From an uncultured Bacteroidales bacterium (lineage in GTDB: Bacteria > Bacteroidota > Bacteroidia > Bacteroidales > VadinHA17), in assembly GCA_963730615.1 (NCBI GenBank), contig CAVSSR010000003.1, positions 88 to 64,087 of the forward strand: a stretch of DNA of 64,000 bases. Reading direction: 5' to 3'. A model generated the notes under the pieces. The model was not told where the DNA came from. It did not search any database and saw nothing but the letters and a program-made list of their open reading frames with translations. This document shows, piece by piece, positions 1 to 10,141 of the stretch. How positions within the stretch are numbered: the first letter of the stretch is position 1; the number at the start of each line of letters is the position of its first letter. Made by a program: the position numbers and the translations under genes.

Positions 1-26
1 GCCATAAGTTAAAATGTGGTGAAATT

Positions 27-125
27 AATTTATTTGACTTTGGTTAATTGTTGGCGTAACTTTCATCATACAATTAACCTTCAGTTATTCTAATCTTATC
101 CATTCACAAAAATCCAATCAAATGA
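27..125 (+). repeat. Conserved 5' leader/promoter segment, copy 1 (paralog of 1036-1132)
   Basis: About 95 nt ending in TCCAATCAAATGAAA aligns by eye at roughly 80 percent with 1036-1132. Shared blocks are GTAACTTTCATCATA, CAGTTATT and TCCAATCAAATGAAA. Confidence 0.6.
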
Positions 126-660
126 AAACAAGACTTATTTTTCTGGTTTTGCTTATTGTCTGTTTTTCATGCGGAACAAACAATAAGCCTGTATCTGATG
201 CTCAGAAAGAGAAAATAAAAGGAGAAGTAAAAGAAGTTGTAAATACTTTTTTTAAAGGATGTGAAGAGGCAAATTTTGACATGGTTCTTGGAACTATTTC
301 TTGATTCGCCTGATTTTGTTTACACTTACAATGGAAATTCTTTTAGTTATAAGCAATGTGTGGACATGATTAAACCTGTTTTTAGTACATTAATAAATCA
401 AAAGATTACAATAGTTGATGAAAAATATGCTGTTCTTGATAATTCCACAGTCTTTATACACTAATAATTCCAAGTGTTTAATGAATTACAAGGATGGTCA
501 TTCTATTCTTCAAGACCCATGGATATTGCAATTACTATTTAAGAAAATCGACAACAAATGGAAAGTTATTAGTGGTGCTGAATCTGGTATTGAACAAAGT
601 GTTAAGCAAGCGAAACTTCAAAAGAACTCAATCAGGTTGAATTGTTTAAGCAAATTTTAG
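122..660 (+). pseudogene. Small NTF2/SnoaL-like (DUF4440-type) lipoprotein, reading frame interrupted twice
   Basis: ORF fragments 122-304, 261-464 and 415-660 read on from one another in shifted frames. The N-terminus has a signal peptide with a Cys lipobox (LIVCFSCG). The C-terminal NKWKVISG pattern is typical of NTF2-like folds. Confidence 0.5.
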
Positions 661-1037
661 GCACATGGAAGGCTGAAATAGCCAGAGACACATTTTATAT
701 TGCACAATATAAGCCGTTTGGCAATGGATTAGAAGGTAACATTAAAATTGTTACAGGAGGAAAGAAAATAATGGAAGGGAAGGTACTTCTGGGATATGAT
801 AAAAAAAATGATAAGTTTGTTGAAACTGACCTTGTTGAAGGTTCAGACATAATGCTTTATGGCATCTGGTTTACATCAAAGAATACCTTAACAGAAGTTC
901 CATGGGAGGATATCTTAAATCCCGAAAAGACTCCCGTAATATGGAAATATGAGATAAAATCTCCAGATATGTTTGTATGGAACAACATCGAAAATAACAA
1001 AACAACCTTTTCTTATAATTTCCATCGTGAAAAATAA
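642..1037 (+). CDS. Hypothetical protein (131 aa, TTG start); may be a further shifted continuation of the 122-660 locus
   Basis: Open frame with protein-like composition and no signal peptide. It starts immediately where the preceding fragment ends. Confidence 0.4.
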   Translation: MFKQILGTWKAEIARDTFYIAQYKPFGNGLEGNIKIVTGGKKIMEGKVLLGYDKKNDKFVETDLVEGSDIMLYGIWFTSKNTLTEVPWEDILNPEKTPVIWKYEIKSPDMFVWNNIENNKTTFSYNFHREK

Positions 1038-1132
1038 TAATTTGACATATCCTTTTTTAAGTAGTAACTTTCATCATATAATTGATTTACAGTTATTTTA
1101 GTTTTATTATTAATAAAATTCCAATCAAATGA
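1036..1132 (+). repeat. Conserved 5' leader/promoter segment, copy 2
   Basis: See 27-125. It precedes the 1129 gene in the same way as copy 1 precedes the 122 gene. Confidence 0.6.
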
Positions 1133-1680
1133 AAGTATTATGTTTAACGACAATGATTGGTGCAATTCTGTTGCTTTATACAAACGGAATACAAGCACAA
1201 ACCACTGATACCAAACCTGACCAAATCATTCAATTACCTCAATTATCCCTTGAACAGAAGTTAGACCGTTCTGCAAGGAATACTTCCAGCAGGGATATTG
1301 TTGGTATTGCTTATGCTAAGTCATTGGGGAAAACCCCTGAAGATTATGGCAAATACATTGGTGAACAAACTGCTTTTTTCTGGGTGGATATTAAAGGTAA
1401 AGGCTCAGTACCTTTTGTACAATATTGGTACAGGTTTCTTCAAACGGATAGAAACTCGAAGATGGAGATTCTGAGTGTTTCGGAAAAATCTGTAAAAGCA
1501 AAAATGACAGTATATGGAGAAACTAATCTAAAAGCATTAGCAGACCTTGGTGTAACAATTGAAGAATATGCGAGTTTTTACGGTAAATATTCAGAAACAT
1601 TAGCAGACTATCTCGGACTGGAGTATAAACAAAAATTTGAAGACGGTTGGATTGTCTTTTCGGTGACTGAAAGGAAATAA
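1129..1680 (+). CDS. Hypothetical secreted protein
   Basis: 183-aa ORF with N-terminal signal peptide MKVLCLTTMIGAILLLYTNGIQAQ. No family recognised. Confidence 0.6.
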   Translation: MKVLCLTTMIGAILLLYTNGIQAQTTDTKPDQIIQLPQLSLEQKLDRSARNTSSRDIVGIAYAKSLGKTPEDYGKYIGEQTAFFWVDIKGKGSVPFVQYWYRFLQTDRNSKMEILSVSEKSVKAKMTVYGETNLKALADLGVTIEEYASFYGKYSETLADYLGLEYKQKFEDGWIVFSVTERK

Positions 1681-1684
1681 ACAA

Positions 1685-2247
1685 ATGAAAACAGTTTGTT
1701 TAACCACAATGATTGCTGTTTCTGTTACTCTGTACAGATGGAATACAGGCACAGACAACACAGACAGAATCCCCCAAAGCAGGGTCTGAATATAATGTCC
1801 TGGATGCCTGGTCAGGAATCTGGAACGTTCAGGGAGAAGCACGAGACAGTATATCTGCATCCTGCTATCATGTAGATTGGACTCTTACAGGTCAAAAGGA
1901 TTTTAAATGGTTATGCACTTGAAATTATACACCAGTGGAAAACCAAAGACTTTACACAAAATGGAGTTGAGATAACAGGCTATGACCCTATAAAAAAAAT
2001 ATGTATGACACATATTTTTTATGATGATGGAACCTGGTTCAACTCAACACCAACATTTACAGATAGGAGAACTTGCATAGAAGATGGAGCAACGTATTAT
2101 CCAAATGGAAAAGTTGAAGTTTCACGATGGACATGGAATTTTAGTGATGACTGGATGTCCTTTGTTGTAATAGGTGAAAATTTGAAGGATAATAACTGGT
2201 GGAAAGCATTTGAAGGGAAAGGGACTAAAATCAATCAAAACAATTAA
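1685..2247 (+). pseudogene. Hypothetical secreted protein with a signal peptide paralogous to the 1129 gene; frame interrupted twice
   Basis: The ATG at 1685 gives MKTVCLTTMIAV. The GIQAQTT continuation lies in the frame of ORF 1713-1922, and the remainder lies in the frame of 2005-2247. Confidence 0.5.
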
Positions 2248-2260
2248 AAGTATGTGCAAA

Positions 2261-2812
2261 ATGAAAACATCACAATTAAAATTCGTTAATGCCATTTTTT
2301 TAGCTTCATCGCTTTTCGTCGCTATTGGTTGCCAAAATCAGGCTGATAAAGCCGAGTTAGATAAGTTTAAAGCAACGGCCCAAATTCAGGAACAAAATAA
2401 AGAAATTGTTCGTGAAGTAATCAATGCTATTGACAGCGGGGATCTCGACAAACTAGGAAATCTTTTATCTGATGACTTTGCTCTTTATTCTCCTGGTTCA
2501 CAGCAACCCTGGAGGAAGGAGGCTTTATACAAAGCCAGGAATACACATTTTGCTGCATTTCCAGATTGGATTCACAAAATTGAAATCATGGTTGCCGAAG
2601 GTGATAAAGTTGCAGTGAAATTAACTCAATACGGAACCCACAAGGCCAAGTATAAGGGGATCGAGCCAACCAATAAATATGTTACAGTCCCTGCAACACA
2701 TATTATGATGATTGTTAATGGAAAAGTTAAAGAGTGGTGGGCTTTGGAGGATAATTTAGGGCTTATGACTCAACTTGGTATGGAGCTGAAACCTAAAGAA
2801 AACAAGAAATAG
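2261..2812 (+). CDS. SnoaL-like (ester cyclase/polyketide cyclase fold) lipoprotein
   Basis: MKTSQLKF...VAIGC signal/lipobox. EIVREVINAIDSGDLDKLGNLLSDDF and KVKEWWALEDNLGLMTQLG match the SnoaL-like pattern. The start is moved inward from the ORF-table start at 2210. Confidence 0.65.
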   Translation: MKTSQLKFVNAIFLASSLFVAIGCQNQADKAELDKFKATAQIQEQNKEIVREVINAIDSGDLDKLGNLLSDDFALYSPGSQQPWRKEALYKARNTHFAAFPDWIHKIEIMVAEGDKVAVKLTQYGTHKAKYKGIEPTNKYVTVPATHIMMIVNGKVKEWWALEDNLGLMTQLGMELKPKENKK

Positions 2813-2836
2813 GGAATTCTATTGAAAATATCACAT

Positions 2837-2859
2837 TTTCATCCAAAAGCTGGCCCAAA
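2837..2859 (+). repeat. 23-bp perfect direct repeat, copy 1 (TTTCATCCAAAAGCTGGCCCAAA)
   Basis: Identical 23-mer at 4569-4591. Confidence 0.8.
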
Positions 2860-2938
2860 TGATCACCAAAATAATTGAAACCTAGTCCTATTTCAACAGA
2901 TAGTCTAACTAGAATACACCATCCATAACCGTTAAACT

Positions 2939-3727
2939 ATGAGGTATTATAAATTGACGCTTGTCATTGTGGCTTTTTCATTTTCCTGGAATCTTTTTGC
3001 ACAGGAAAATCTATGGTACCAAAGGAATTTATCCGCTTATACTGAATATCTTTCTAAAGAATTTGGTATTGAATGTACCATTCCCGAAAGACTTACAAAT
3101 CTGGATAAATACTATGTGGGGTGGAAAGTCCGGGAAGAAAAAGATAAACATACAGCTGGTTTATATGGCCCAATTTTTCAATCGAGAAATAAGGGTTGCA
3201 TTTTAATGTATTCAGCTATACCATTATATATTTCCGAGGAAAATGTTGAATTACTCAAAAGGCAAGTATTGATGGAGCGTGTATTGAATAGAGATACATC
3301 GACTACAGAACCAGTAGTTTCGCCAAATGGGGCCTTCCCACGAGGGCAAATTTCAGCGGAGATAAAGACCGCACTTGGTTTATATTACAGTTATGCGCAT
3401 CCATTAAACAATAACTCTGCAAGATTTGATTTTAATGATTATGTAACTATCATAGCAGGCAAAAAAGCTCGTGAAATGTTTAATGCTGATTCAATTTACA
3501 TCTATGACATACCAGGTGCTGATTCTGTTTATTTTTTTGACAAATCATTAGAAAAAACACGCAAGAGTAAGTACCCATATTGCACTGGCGTTTTTATTAG
3601 TAAAGATGGCAGAGCCACGATGTACTTTAAGCTCTTCTTTACAAAAAGAGCCAAGAAAAAGGAGGAGAAATATATCAACATGTTAGATAAACAGATTTGG
3701 TATGATGAAAATTTCAGACATGAATAA
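2939..3727 (+). CDS. Hypothetical secreted protein
   Basis: 262-aa ORF with a signal peptide (LVIVAFSFSWNLFAQ). No family recognised. Confidence 0.6.
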   Translation: MRYYKLTLVIVAFSFSWNLFAQENLWYQRNLSAYTEYLSKEFGIECTIPERLTNLDKYYVGWKVREEKDKHTAGLYGPIFQSRNKGCILMYSAIPLYISEENVELLKRQVLMERVLNRDTSTTEPVVSPNGAFPRGQISAEIKTALGLYYSYAHPLNNNSARFDFNDYVTIIAGKKAREMFNADSIYIYDIPGADSVYFFDKSLEKTRKSKYPYCTGVFISKDGRATMYFKLFFTKRAKKKEEKYINMLDKQIWYDENFRHE

Positions 3728-3787
3728 AGCTTGGTGGTCGACCATTAGATGTCATAGTAACTCGTTATAGATTAATTAAATATCTAT

Positions 3788-4237
3788 ATGAAAAAGTTTC
3801 TTGTACTTATTCTGTTGGTTTGTCTTAACATAACTGCCTGTAAAAAAGAAGATATAGTTGTTGAACTATATGGTACTTGGAAAGTTTATGATGTTCCCGC
3901 TGATATATTAGGTAATCCACGAGTAATTGATTTTGATTTTGTAACATTCTTAAGTTCAAATCAATATTCAGTGTTTCATGCTGACACAACAATTCAAAGT
4001 GGTACATTTTCCTTAACAAAAATATCTCCTCTAGAGATTTCTGGGTATGAGACAATCAATTATATGATAAATCTTAAAGAATCTTTTAATCTTCATCCTC
4101 ATGAGAACCTGTACAATTATGGTGTCGGCTTTTATGTTGTTTTCAATGGGCAAGATTCACTTTCACTGGCCACTTCCATATCTATTTCAGGTCTTAATAA
4201 TGATTGGTTCCGTTTCAGAAGAAAAGAGAATAAATAA
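3788..4237 (+). CDS. Hypothetical lipoprotein
   Basis: 149-aa ORF with MKKFLVLILLVCLNITAC lipobox. Confidence 0.6.
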   Translation: MKKFLVLILLVCLNITACKKEDIVVELYGTWKVYDVPADILGNPRVIDFDFVTFLSSNQYSVFHADTTIQSGTFSLTKISPLEISGYETINYMINLKESFNLHPHENLYNYGVGFYVVFNGQDSLSLATSISISGLNNDWFRFRRKENK

Positions 4238-4568
4238 ACAACTACTGGTTTAACCCTTCAAATAGCTGGACATAATTGAACTATTCTTAATGCTCCATTC
4301 CCACCGTCACTGGATTGAGCCAAATCCTATCATATTTGACGCCACAGACATTAAACCCTCATAAGCTTGGTCTACCCCTGTCCAGAAATGATCTTCGTTC
4401 TGGGCAAACCTGGGGATGATTTTGAACATAGGTTTTAATTCGTTTAAAAATCCATAGAGTCCGTCAAAACCAAAACGAATCATTAAGGGGTCAGGACATG
4501 AATGGCTGGAATTTTTCCAGCTATTTTCATTTAAGACCGTCATCAATTTATGACCCAAAAACAGTGAA

Positions 4569-4591
4569 TTTCATCCAAAAGCTGGCCCAAA
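4569..4591 (+). repeat. 23-bp perfect direct repeat, copy 2
   Basis: Identical to 2837-2859. Lies 61 nt beyond the 3' end of tRNA-Asn. Confidence 0.8.
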
Positions 4592-4604
4592 ACTGGCGCC
4601 CAAT

Positions 4605-4638
4605 AAAAAAACCACTTACCCGAAATCCGTGTAAGTGG
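4605..4638 (-). terminator. Intrinsic terminator downstream of tRNA-Asn
   Basis: On the minus strand, CCACTTAC-N11-GTAAGTGG is followed by a run of 7-8 T. Confidence 0.65.
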
Positions 4639-4651
4639 TTGACTTGCTTCG

Positions 4652-4725
4652 CTCCCCAGCCAGGACTTGAACCTAGGACCCCCTGATTAACAGTCAGGTG
4701 CTCTAACCAACTGAGCTACTGAGGA
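4652..4725 (-). tRNA. tRNA-Asn (GTT)
   Basis: 74-nt cloverleaf. Acceptor TCCTCAG/CTGGGGA, anticodon stem CCTGA/TCAGG with loop CTGTTAA, T arm GGTTCAAGTCC. No encoded CCA. Confidence 0.9.
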
Positions 4726-4780
4726 AGGTATTTGCCTTTTAAAGCGTCGCAAAATTAACCGCTTTAAACGAATTTACCAA

Positions 4781-4788
4781 TATCTTTG
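4781..4788 (+). promoter_or_regulatory. Bacteroidetes-type -7 box (TATCTTTG)
   Basis: Matches TAnnTTTG, about 15 nt upstream of the ATG at 4803. Confidence 0.4.
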
Positions 4789-4802
4789 TCAAAATTTTCC
4801 GG

Positions 4803-5789
4803 ATGAAGAAGATAATAGGCATCGGCAACGCCCTCGTAGATGTCATGACAATGGTGCCTGACGACACCTACCTCACCCGTTTCGGCCTCCCCAAAGGAAG
4901 CATGACAATGGTCGATGCCATACGCTCAGGCGAGATAAAACAGTCAATAGCCTCCATGAAAAACACCCTTGCCTCCGGCGGCTCAGCAGGAAACGCAATG
5001 TACGGCCTCGGCGTGATGGGAATACATTCATCATTCATCGGCAAGGTGGGCCGCGATGAGCTCGGTAACTTCTACGAGAAGGATATGGTCGAGGCCGGCG
5101 TGACACCAGTACTAATGAGGGCGCCAACATCACCCACGGGCACAGCCGTGGCACTGGTGACCCCTGACTCGGAACGTACCTTTGCCACCCACCTCGGCGC
5201 CGCCACAGAGCTGGTCGCCGAAGAACTCGACAGCTCATTCTTCAAGGGTTACGAGATACTCTACCTCGAAGGATACCTGATCTTTAACCTCCCACTCGTC
5301 GAACAGGCCTGCCGCCTCGCTAAAGAAAAAAAGATGTGCATCGCCATCGACCTGTCAAGCTTCAACGTGGTTACAAAGATGCTGCCCGCATTTAACAAAA
5401 TAGTCGACACATATGTGGATATCGTCTTTGCAAATGAAGAGGAAGCCAGGGCTTTCACGGGACTTGATCCACGGGAAGCTCTTGACGCGATAGCAAAGAG
5501 ATGCAGTATCGCCATCGTCAAGACCGGTCCCGTGGGATCATGGATAAAGAGAGGCGAGGAAGTGATCAGGGTCGACGCCCTGAAGGTCACACCAGTCGAT
5601 ACCACCGGCGCCGGCGATCTCTATGCCTCCGGATTTCTCTACGGCTTCTCACACGGATTCAGCCTCGACAAATGTGGCCTGTTCGGGTCAATACTTGCAG
5701 GAAAAGTCATTGAGGTCGTCGGAGCCCGTATGCCAGAAGAGAAATGGAAAGAGGCAAAGGAAATGATCAGGGAAATAGCCGAAGATTAG
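4803..5789 (+). CDS. PfkB-family carbohydrate/nucleoside kinase (adenosine kinase-like)
   Basis: N-terminal GIGNALVDV and C-terminal DTTGAGDLYASGFLYG, the PfkB signature. Confidence 0.85.
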   Translation: MKKIIGIGNALVDVMTMVPDDTYLTRFGLPKGSMTMVDAIRSGEIKQSIASMKNTLASGGSAGNAMYGLGVMGIHSSFIGKVGRDELGNFYEKDMVEAGVTPVLMRAPTSPTGTAVALVTPDSERTFATHLGAATELVAEELDSSFFKGYEILYLEGYLIFNLPLVEQACRLAKEKKMCIAIDLSSFNVVTKMLPAFNKIVDTYVDIVFANEEEARAFTGLDPREALDAIAKRCSIAIVKTGPVGSWIKRGEEVIRVDALKVTPVDTTGAGDLYASGFLYGFSHGFSLDKCGLFGSILAGKVIEVVGARMPEEKWKEAKEMIREIAED

Positions 5790-6421
5790 TAAAACTTCCG
5801 CCGGGGACTGTTATCTTCCGGACAATTGCATTTGCCCAGGTGAATGAACCTGTACCCTACACCAATGGTTGCCGCGGAATTCGATAGTGTATAAGGATAA
5901 TCTTCAGGCATGAAATGCACCAGGGCATACTGGCTGGCGTAAGCTCTGATCCTTAAGAATATGTCAGACTTGAAGTTATATTGAAATCCTGCCCCCAATG
6001 TGAAGCCCAGACCTGTCAATTCAGAATATGAAGGGCCGGTCCTCAGGGAAATAACGGGACCCGCATCGGCAAAGAACCACTTCAGAAAATCATAACGTGC
6101 AGTCACCGGTATTATAATCAGTCCGAAATTACCGGGAACGTCCTCTCCGGGAATCCCCGGTGCAGGACTTGTATAATAATACTGATGAGCATATCCTAAT
6201 CCGGATTCAATACTGAAATGATCTCCGAATAACCTCCGCATGTCAATACCAGCTGTCCACATACCTGTTCCCGTGACTGAGCCTGCTCCGACAAGCTCAT
6301 CAAACCTGAAGATGTCATTCGTGCCACCGCCTCCGAAAAGCGCTATCTCGCCGTACCAGGTATCCTGTGCTGCAGAAATCTGCGCCAGAAACAAAAATAA
6401 TATCAGAATTTTTTCTTTCAT
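5786..6421 (-). CDS. Outer-membrane beta-barrel (porin-family) protein
   Basis: Signal peptide, alternating aromatic/Gly-rich strands, and a GVGYRF-type terminal strand. Confidence 0.6.
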   Translation of the reverse strand: MKEKILILFLFLAQISAAQDTWYGEIALFGGGGTNDIFRFDELVGAGSVTGTGMWTAGIDMRRLFGDHFSIESGLGYAHQYYYTSPAPGIPGEDVPGNFGLIIIPVTARYDFLKWFFADAGPVISLRTGPSYSELTGLGFTLGAGFQYNFKSDIFLRIRAYASQYALVHFMPEDYPYTLSNSAATIGVGYRFIHLGKCNCPEDNSPRRKFY

Positions 6422-6425
6422 TTTG

Positions 6426-7712
6426 TCAATTTAGTGCGAAGGCCGCATTGCTCGGGTTGCCTGTCGTGCTCTTCGCGCGGAAAAAAGCATACCATGCTAT
6501 AAAGGCAAAGCAGACCATCGGTACTGTAAAACCGACAGCCATACGCGAGACATCGGCTATCCGCCCCATAATAACCGGGCATACGGCTCCGCCGACAATG
6601 GTCATCACAAGCACCGAGGAGCCCTTCTTTGTCATGCCCCCCAGATCTTTTAATCCTAACGCAAAAATTGTGGGAAACATTATAGACATACAGAAATAAG
6701 TTAGATACAGGGCAATCAGCGACGGCCATCCCAGGCCAGCAATCACAAGAGCCATGGCCACTGTGTTGACAACAGCATAGAGGGCCAGCATCTGGCGCGG
6801 ACTGAACCAGCTCATGAACAATGATCCCAGGAACCGGCCCGACATGAAGAAGACAAAACCAAGTGAAAGAAGATAAGCAGCCTTTTCAGGTGAATAGCCC
6901 GGCATTGTCTCCACTATATAATTGATAAAGAAGCTGTTGATGCCTGTCTGTGCTGCCACATAAAGGAACTGGGCTATCACCGCATAGCGAAAATGCCGCA
7001 CCCTGAACAGTCCTCTGTATGTGCCCTTGTCGCCGCGACTGTCATACTCTCCTTCATGGATCACCGGCAGCCTGGTAATGATGAACAGGAATGCAATTAC
7101 CAGCACCACCCCTCCTATCAGCATATACGGAACCGCCATGGAAGCAAACTTGTTTGTCTCTCCATCGCCGTTGTTTCCCAAAATCAGCATCCCTCCAAGT
7201 GCCGGGCCAATGATCCACCCGAGGCCGTTGAACGACTGTGATAGTGTGAGCCTCTGTTCAGATGTCTCCTTTGGTCCGAGAACGCTTGAATAAGGATTTG
7301 CCGCTGTTTCCAGGAAAGTCAGCCCGCAGGCAATTATAAATAGGCAGAAAAGAGTAAATCCGAAGGTCTGAATATATGTTGCGGGCCAGAAGAGGAAAGC
7401 TCCGGCAGCATAGAGCAGCAGGCCGGTTATGATGCCTTTTTTGTAACCCAGCCTGTTCATGAACAGTCCTGCCGGTATTGCCATCACGAAATAGCCTCCG
7501 TAAAGAGCTGCCTGCACCAGTCCTGATCTTGCTTTGGTGATACCGAGGATATCCTGGAAGTGCTTGTTCAGCACGTCAAGAAGGCTGTGTGCCACTCCCC
7601 ACAGGAAGAAAAGACTTGTCACCAGGATGAAGGCAACGATGAACTCGCGTGTCACCAGGCTTTTTGGATGCTTTGTAATTATCTCACTGCTCATTTCAGG
7701 GGGCTTTGGCAT
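6426..7712 (-). CDS. fucP: MFS sugar transporter, L-fucose:H+ symporter (FucP/GluP) family
   Basis: FFLWGVAHSLLDVLNKHFQ motif and about 12 predicted TM segments. Start chosen at an internal Met (7712, alternatively 7694), because the ORF-table N-terminus does not look native. Confidence 0.75.
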   Translation of the reverse strand: MPKPPEMSSEIITKHPKSLVTREFIVAFILVTSLFFLWGVAHSLLDVLNKHFQDILGITKARSGLVQAALYGGYFVMAIPAGLFMNRLGYKKGIITGLLLYAAGAFLFWPATYIQTFGFTLFCLFIIACGLTFLETAANPYSSVLGPKETSEQRLTLSQSFNGLGWIIGPALGGMLILGNNGDGETNKFASMAVPYMLIGGVVLVIAFLFIITRLPVIHEGEYDSRGDKGTYRGLFRVRHFRYAVIAQFLYVAAQTGINSFFINYIVETMPGYSPEKAAYLLSLGFVFFMSGRFLGSLFMSWFSPRQMLALYAVVNTVAMALVIAGLGWPSLIALYLTYFCMSIMFPTIFALGLKDLGGMTKKGSSVLVMTIVGGAVCPVIMGRIADVSRMAVGFTVPMVCFAFIAWYAFFRAKSTTGNPSNAAFALN

Positions 7713-7866
7713 GCAATATTTGTCATTATTTGCGAATAATACAACGCCGGAAATCATTCTACACTGCCTTCGGCCTGCATCAGTCAAAATAAAGTGTTCC
7801 TGCAGCCTTTTCCAAATCTGTTTCTCTAAAACGATATATTTGTAATCCACAAACAGCCTTCAGGAC

Positions 7867-9389
7867 ATGAATATTCCATCTATGCGCGCCCTTTTCTTCA
7901 TCCGGACCCTGATATTGTCAGTCGTCCTTTCCTTAAGCGCCACGGCGCAGGAGATTGACGAACAGCTTCTTCTGAAACATTTTCATTCAATCAGCAGCGA
8001 GGAGATAGCCGGCTGGATGACGGAATTATGTTCTCCTGAATATAACGGCAGGCTGGCAGGTACGCCGGAATACATGGCATCTGCAGAGTGGGTGGCCGGT
8101 CAGCTGCACGACTGGGGCATAAAGCCTGCGGGCGACAACGGTACATATTACCAGTGGTTCGATCAGCCTTATACCGTGGTGAATGATGCCGGATCCCTGC
8201 AGCTTCACATCACCCAGAAAGACGGTACAACTATCATAAAGAACTACAAAGCCCCGGCGGAGTATTATCCCGGAATGAATTCAGGCAGCGGAGAGGTAAC
8301 TGCAGAGGTAGTTTTTGTTGGCTACGGTGTTACGGCCCCTGAGTTAAACTACGACGATTACAAAGGCATTGACGTGAAGGGAAAGATAGTGCTGATGAAC
8401 CGCGATGTTCCCTATAAGGATGCACTTAATCCCGAATACGCAAAATGGGTCAGATACTGCTATCACCAGTACAAGGTCTGAAAACGCCGCCAGCCACGGT
8501 GCTGCCGGGATGCTATATATCGACGGCAACAGCGCAAATCCAAATATATCATATATCGAAAACATGATTGTCTGCGGAATAGGTCCTGAACCGCTGGCAG
8601 ACATTTTTGCCGGCCTTGGGAAAACCAATACGGCCGTCACCGCGCAAATAGACAAATCGTTTAAACCGGGATCTTTCCCAACGGGGAAGGTAATGACCAT
8701 AAAGGCAAATACAACAAGACACCCTGAAGGCAGGACATGCAATGTTGTGGGAATCATTGAAGGTTCGGACTCCGTTCTGAAAGATGAGGTTATAATCATC
8801 GGCGCCCATCTTGATGCCGTGGGCAATGCAGGTGGGACTGCTGGTCCCCGGCGGTTTTGACAATGCCAGCGGTGTGGTTGACATCCTGGCCGCGGCAAAG
8901 GCACTGGCAGTATCAGGCATAAAACTCAAACGCACCGTCCTGTTCCTGCTTATAGGTGGTGAAGAAACAGGTCTGGTGGGGAGCAAATTCTATGCGGCAA
9001 ACCCGCTTTTCCCAAAAGAGAAAACCGTCACCTACATCAACCTTGACATGGTGGGCAACGGCACAGGACTGGCGGTGAACGCCTCGGCGTCATGTGAGGC
9101 GCTGATCGGGTATTTCAAAACAGCAAATGAAAAGTATATCCACAGGCCAATGAGGACATCTGCCTCAACGGTTACTTATTACGGCCGGCCGCGAAGCGAC
9201 GGACTTGTCTTTCTGGCAGATGGTTACAGAACAATGGATGTTTACACAACCGATGGGGTAAAGCCGGTCTTTTATCATCTGCCCGGCGACGATGAGACCG
9301 CTGTCACGCCCGAAATAATGGAAGATGTGGCCAAGGTTATATACCTGTCATTCATTGCAATGGCAAATGCAGACACATTAGGCTTTTAA
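7867..9389 (+). pseudogene. M28-family aminopeptidase with PA domain; frame interrupted twice
   Basis: Fragments 7867-8481, 8405-8860 and 8811-9389. Motifs IIGAHLDAVGN, FDNASGVVDILAAAKAL, IGGEETGLVGSKFY and NLDMVG. Confidence 0.8.
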
Positions 9390-9394
9390 TAAAA

Positions 9395-9429
9395 ACTCCC
9401 TCAGCCTTCAGGAGTGAAGGTGAGGGAGT
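9395..9429. terminator. Bidirectional hairpin between convergent genes
   Basis: ACTCCCTCA-g-CCTTCA-GGAG-TGAAGG-TGAGGGAGT, a 15-bp interrupted stem. Confidence 0.6.
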
Positions 9430-9447
9430 CTATGCCCGGAAGACCGG

Positions 9448-10032
9448 TTATGATTTTGCTACAAGTGTTACTTCAAGTGTAAACTCATCACTGATGGCTT
9501 TGTCACCCAGGTCCGTGAAGAACTTGCCTGAGCCGTACCTTACGTCATACAGCGTGCGGTCAACAGTTATAACAGCCTTATAGGTTTTTACACCTCCGGT
9601 CGCAGCTTCCTTGACTGTGAACTCAACAGGATTGGTTGCTCCCTTGATAGTCATAGTGCCCTTTACAGTAGCGGTTCCGTTGACAAATTTGCTGCCGCCC
9701 GTAAGTACGAGTTTTGCAGCCGGATATTTTTCCACACCAAAGAAATCGTCTGATTTGAGATGACCAACCAGCATTCCGTTCATCTTTTCGTCCTCGATAT
9801 CAGTGTTTTTAATAGACGTCATATCAACAAGGAACTCTCCTCCTGTTATGGCATTCTTTTCAATGTTGATATAACCTTCCTTTAAACCTATCGTTCCGAC
9901 ATGTTCTTTACCCAGTTTCTTCCCGGTCCAGGTAATCTGTGTTGCTGTGGGATCAGCAGCATGTTTCTTCTGAGCGCTTAAAGGGAAAACAATCAATACT
10001 GTTATAAGTACTATTAAACTTGTCTTTTTCAT
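9448..10032 (-). CDS. YceI-family periplasmic protein
   Basis: Signal peptide. ITWTGKKLGKEHVGTI ... HLKSDDFFGVEKYPAAKL pattern typical of the YceI-like domain. Confidence 0.8.
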   Translation of the reverse strand: MKKTSLIVLITVLIVFPLSAQKKHAADPTATQITWTGKKLGKEHVGTIGLKEGYINIEKNAITGGEFLVDMTSIKNTDIEDEKMNGMLVGHLKSDDFFGVEKYPAAKLVLTGGSKFVNGTATVKGTMTIKGATNPVEFTVKEAATGGVKTYKAVITVDRTLYDVRYGSGKFFTDLGDKAISDEFTLEVTLVAKS

Positions 10033-10141
10033 TTTAATTTCGTTTAAGTTTCAGATAGAACCACGAAGGGTGGCATTTTGTTCAACAAAAGTTGAATAAA
10101 ATGGCCGGAAGAAAATTATAATTTATGTATATGGCTTATTA

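Noticed and set aside
1-4237. Integron-like gene-cassette array
   Set aside because: The genes are short and co-oriented, but the spacers are AT-rich and lack attC-type imperfect palindromes with RYYYAAC/GTTRRRY cores. No intI gene is present either.
4307-4558. 83-aa minus-strand ORF between the lipoprotein gene and tRNA-Asn
   Set aside because: No signal peptide, no family recognised, no obvious promoter. It could be a C-terminal remnant of a disrupted gene, but I cannot support a call.
4498-4686. ORFs overlapping the tRNA genes (4498-4686 over tRNA-Asn; 35673-35957, 35756-36046 and 35764-35997 over tRNA-Gln and its GC-rich flank)
   Set aside because: They run through clear tRNA cloverleaves and terminators and have low-complexity, Arg/Pro/Ser-rich translations. 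These are artefacts of GC-rich noncoding sequence.
8344-8986. Long antisense or out-of-frame ORFs inside recognised genes (e.g. 8344-8904, 8549-8986, 5261-5605, 6418-6729, 12572-12938, 14587-15102, 38538-38921, 54893-55411)
   Set aside because: Each lies wholly within a gene with a strong family signature on the other strand or frame, and translates to biased Arg/Ser/Pro-rich sequence. These are shadow ORFs.
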